Origin: Girardia tigrina
Taxonomy: Eukaryota
Direction of reading: 5' to 3'
Length of the DNA stretch: 52,891 nucleotides
Assembly: GCA_001938485.1 (NCBI GenBank)
Contig: MQRK01214009.1
Span: 1 to 52,891, forward strand
Shown: positions 49,820 through 52,891 of the stretch, in pieces
Layout of the letters: each line of letters begins with the position of its first letter
Numbering within the stretch: position 1 is the stretch's first letter
Notes under the pieces: generated by a model
Told to the model about the DNA's origin: nothing
Databases searched by the model: none
What the model saw: the letters and a program-made list of their open reading frames with translations, nothing else
Translations under genes and position numbers: made by a program

Positions 49820-50739
49820 ATCCGTTTGTTTAAATTAATAGTTGGTGTAATATCAGAAATATTTAAAATATATTTTTGTTCAGGTCTTCTTCAATATGAT
49901 TGGATGATTCACTTTAAACATTTAAACATAGATTATAATGCTTATTTAAAAATGCTTCTGGGATTATCCTCTACTTATAATTATAAAAATTATTTACAAA
50001 AATTTAAAACTCTATTATTATATCTACTTTAATTTGATCATTGCAATAGACAAATATATAGTAATTTTTTTTTAATTTTTTCTATTTTTATTTTTGAAAA
50101 ATATTTTATTAAGGGTATCAATAGAGCTTTATTTACCTTAATTTTCACCGGTAAAAGTTTTTAGATTTTCATTTTTAATAAAAACCTTACTTTTAAAGGA
50201 AATTATTTATTAGTGACGAATAAATTGATTTGTAGCAATTTAATTAGTAAAAAAGTGATAGAAATCATCATTTATCAAATAAATTAGTATTTTCATAAAA
50301 CGTTTCACGAAATTTCTAGTAGGAATTATAAAATTGTCATTATTCAAAATCGGTGTTTATATAACAATTAAACGGTCTGAACGGTTATTTGTCGATTTCG
50401 TCAGATTCCCGGTATCTTTCAGAGTAGGCACTGTACCGAGAGAATGTTTTTGATGCGGGCGATCCAGATTAATCACCTCAAACGTGCATTTTTTCCAGTT
50501 AATTCTTTGTAAGGAGAATTATTATCAAAACTAATAAATGTATGTTGCGTAATTTATGTATGGAATGTTTTTGGTGTGATCTTTGTATTGTTATGTAATA
50601 GGTCATGACCGAAATAGTGTGTATGGTAAAATGAATGAGTGTATGTTTGACCCATATTGATGATGGCATTAATCAATATATATATATATATATATATATA
50701 CTGATGATATTCCTCATTTTATGGTCTTTAATAAATATT

Positions 50740-52891
50740 ATGACAGTCTCGAAGTCTTCTAACAAAGCGACCACACCAGGACACTTAAATTCTTTTGTCC
50801 CCACTCCCAAAATATTCAATGTCGGAGATAATATAGAAGAATTTTTAGAAGAAATTCAAAGATTCTACGAATTGACTGGAATTCAAGGCCCACTGCAGAA
50901 AACATTCATCAGGGCATTTGTATCAGCTGATGCAGCTAAACAATTTGAAGCAATCGAAGATTCCGTTGAAGATTATAAAGAAAGATTTAGAAAAGCTTTT
51001 CAAGAACCAGCAGATATCAGCAAAGATTTATACGCTGCTTTGAAATATCCAAAAGGAGAAGAAACGGTAGCACAATTTTTAAAAAAATTGATATTTTAAC
51101 CGACAATATATTGCGTCATACGTTGACGAAAGAAACGCTTGTTACATTTCTGTTGCAAAACTCCATAGATGATATGGACATTAAAAAAAAATAAAAATGA
51201 GAAGCACAACCAGCAATGAAGAAATAAAGCAAATTATAACAAAATGGAATTAATAAAGAAGGAACTACAAGCAGAAAATAACGTTGCCGTTTTAAAAACG
51301 GATAAACCCAGTTACGCAAGAGCCGTCCAATCAAATCAAATCAATCAATCAGATTCAAGGAAAATATTTACTATAATGGCGAAAGAAGAGAAATACAAAA
51401 GCCCAAACAAACACAATATTTTAACAGAAGGGGTCAAAATTATAGTAATAAAGAAGCATATCAAGGAAGAGAATTGTGCAATCGAATAAAAACATGCTGG
51501 GCATGTAGAGAAAAAGGCCATGTTCGAAGTCGATGCCCACACGTGCAATGTTCTTATTGCAAGAAGCCGGGACATTTTCGTCACCAATGATACGAGTCTA
51601 GGAGGAAGGAATCATACCAGAGATACAAAGTCGCTACATTTGATGATCAAGTGGAATACCAAGATTCGGAGCTAGACTCGTCCGAGATGGTTGACAAACA
51701 CCCAAATGCCAGAGCCCTGCACGAGAGGAGGTTATCGGGGCGATTCACTGAATCATGTCAGTTGTATATTGAATAATGCTGGTATGACTGATAATTTGTA
51801 TGATGATGATTTGTATGATGATAACAAGTATGATGTGTTATTTACCAATATTTCTGATAGTAATTCTCACGTGTATAATTCGAATAATAATTATAACAAT
51901 TTAAATACTGATAATTTTCATGAAAATGATTTATCTAATGATAATACGTATGTTTGCAAATTGTATGATGATAATATTTTAGATGGTTTGAATGAATTAA
52001 GTACATTAAAAAAATGATTTAATATATAATAATAAAATAGCGATACTGTCTGAGGATAATAATTCTAAAAATATTAATAGACTCAATAATAAAAATGAAA
52101 TAATTGATTGTGATAAATTCGATGGCAGACAAATTGTCAATATTAAAGTCAATGGAATCCACAATAAGTGCCTACTTGATACAGGTGCAAGAATAAGTGT
52201 TATTAAGACAGAATTGTTAAACAAAATAGGTAAGTTTGAGATTAGTAATCATTCGTGAAAGTAAGATGCGCTAACGATAGTAATTTAGAAATAGTAGGAA
52301 GAGTTTATTTGGATGTCGAATTAAATAATATTAAGAAAAAAATAGAATTTTATATAGCGTCTAAAATTTTCCCGAGCATAATTGGAGGTATTAATTTATT
52401 GAGTCAATTTAATATTAAATTGATGAGAGAATATAAGAGTATCTCTCAATCTTTAAATGTACTGGAAGATCAACGAAATATTTATGAAAGCCCTAATGTA
52501 AATGATATTAAATTAAAAGAAATATTAAAAATATATGAAAATATTATAATGAAACACAAATGGGATATCGGGAAAACTAATTTATTAAAACATGAGATAG
52601 TGATTAATACCAAACCAATCGTAATGAATCCTCGTCGTCAACCATATCATTTAATCGAAAGAATTGATAAAAGCATTAAAGAAATGGAAGACAATGGTAT
52701 TATAAGTAAATGTGAATCACCTTAGAATTCACCATTAGTGTGTGTAAAGAAAAGAGATAGTGAAGATATAAAAATTTGTTTGGATTATAGAGCTTTAAAT
52801 GGAGTCACTGAACGACTAATTTTTCCTATTCCTAATACTACAGAAATGATGGATATTTTATATGGAGCAAAGTATTTTAGTACTATTGATC
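50740..52891 (+). mobile_element. Ty3/Gypsy element: gag, two zinc knuckles, frameshift site, protease, RT start (runs off the window); decayed
   Basis: gag PKIFNVGDNIEEFL; CWACREKGHVRSRC and CSYCKKPGH; CLLDTGARISVI; KHKWDIGKT...ESP*NSPLVCVKK...ICLDYRALN...YFSTID. Confidence 0.95.

Noticed and set aside
1031-52725. Reassigned stop codons (TAA/TAG read as Gln), since many stops fall at expected Gln positions (mariner 24885, Gypsy 38870, piggyBac 42890 and 43023)
   Set aside because: Stops also replace Trp (ESP*NSP at 52723) and co-occur with frameshifts. C>T and G>A decay explains them.

Overview
Very AT-rich eukaryotic (metazoan) DNA with several N-gaps, made up almost entirely of decayed, nested and truncated transposable elements. 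DNA transposons include mariner (Mos1-like and DD41D), pogo, hAT (Charlie, Tip100, Ac-like, hATm-like), piggyBac, MULE and Helitron. Retroelements include several Ty3/Gypsy copies, a GC-rich BEL/Pao-like LTR element and an R2/NeSL-type non-LTR element. Between them lie broken host-gene copies (SBDS, an RRM protein, a Methuselah/adhesion-type GPCR, several unidentified ORF relics) and one plausible spliced orphan gene with 45-59 nt introns. Composition, intron size and TE mix suggest a planarian-like flatworm, but that is inference only. I found no intact novel multi-gene system. The best leads are: (i) a ubiquitin-GG-led coiled-coil polyprotein relic next to a long LTR with a tRNA-Pro primer site, possibly a giant retroelement using host deubiquitinases; (ii) exact short-range inverted templated insertions and terminus-less junctions suggesting microhomology-mediated repair; (iii) -1 frameshift cassettes in two Gypsy relics; (iv) a GPCR copy lying between two collinear halves of a non-LTR element. 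All family assignments come from motif recognition by eye, not database searches, and the boundaries of decayed relics are approximate.
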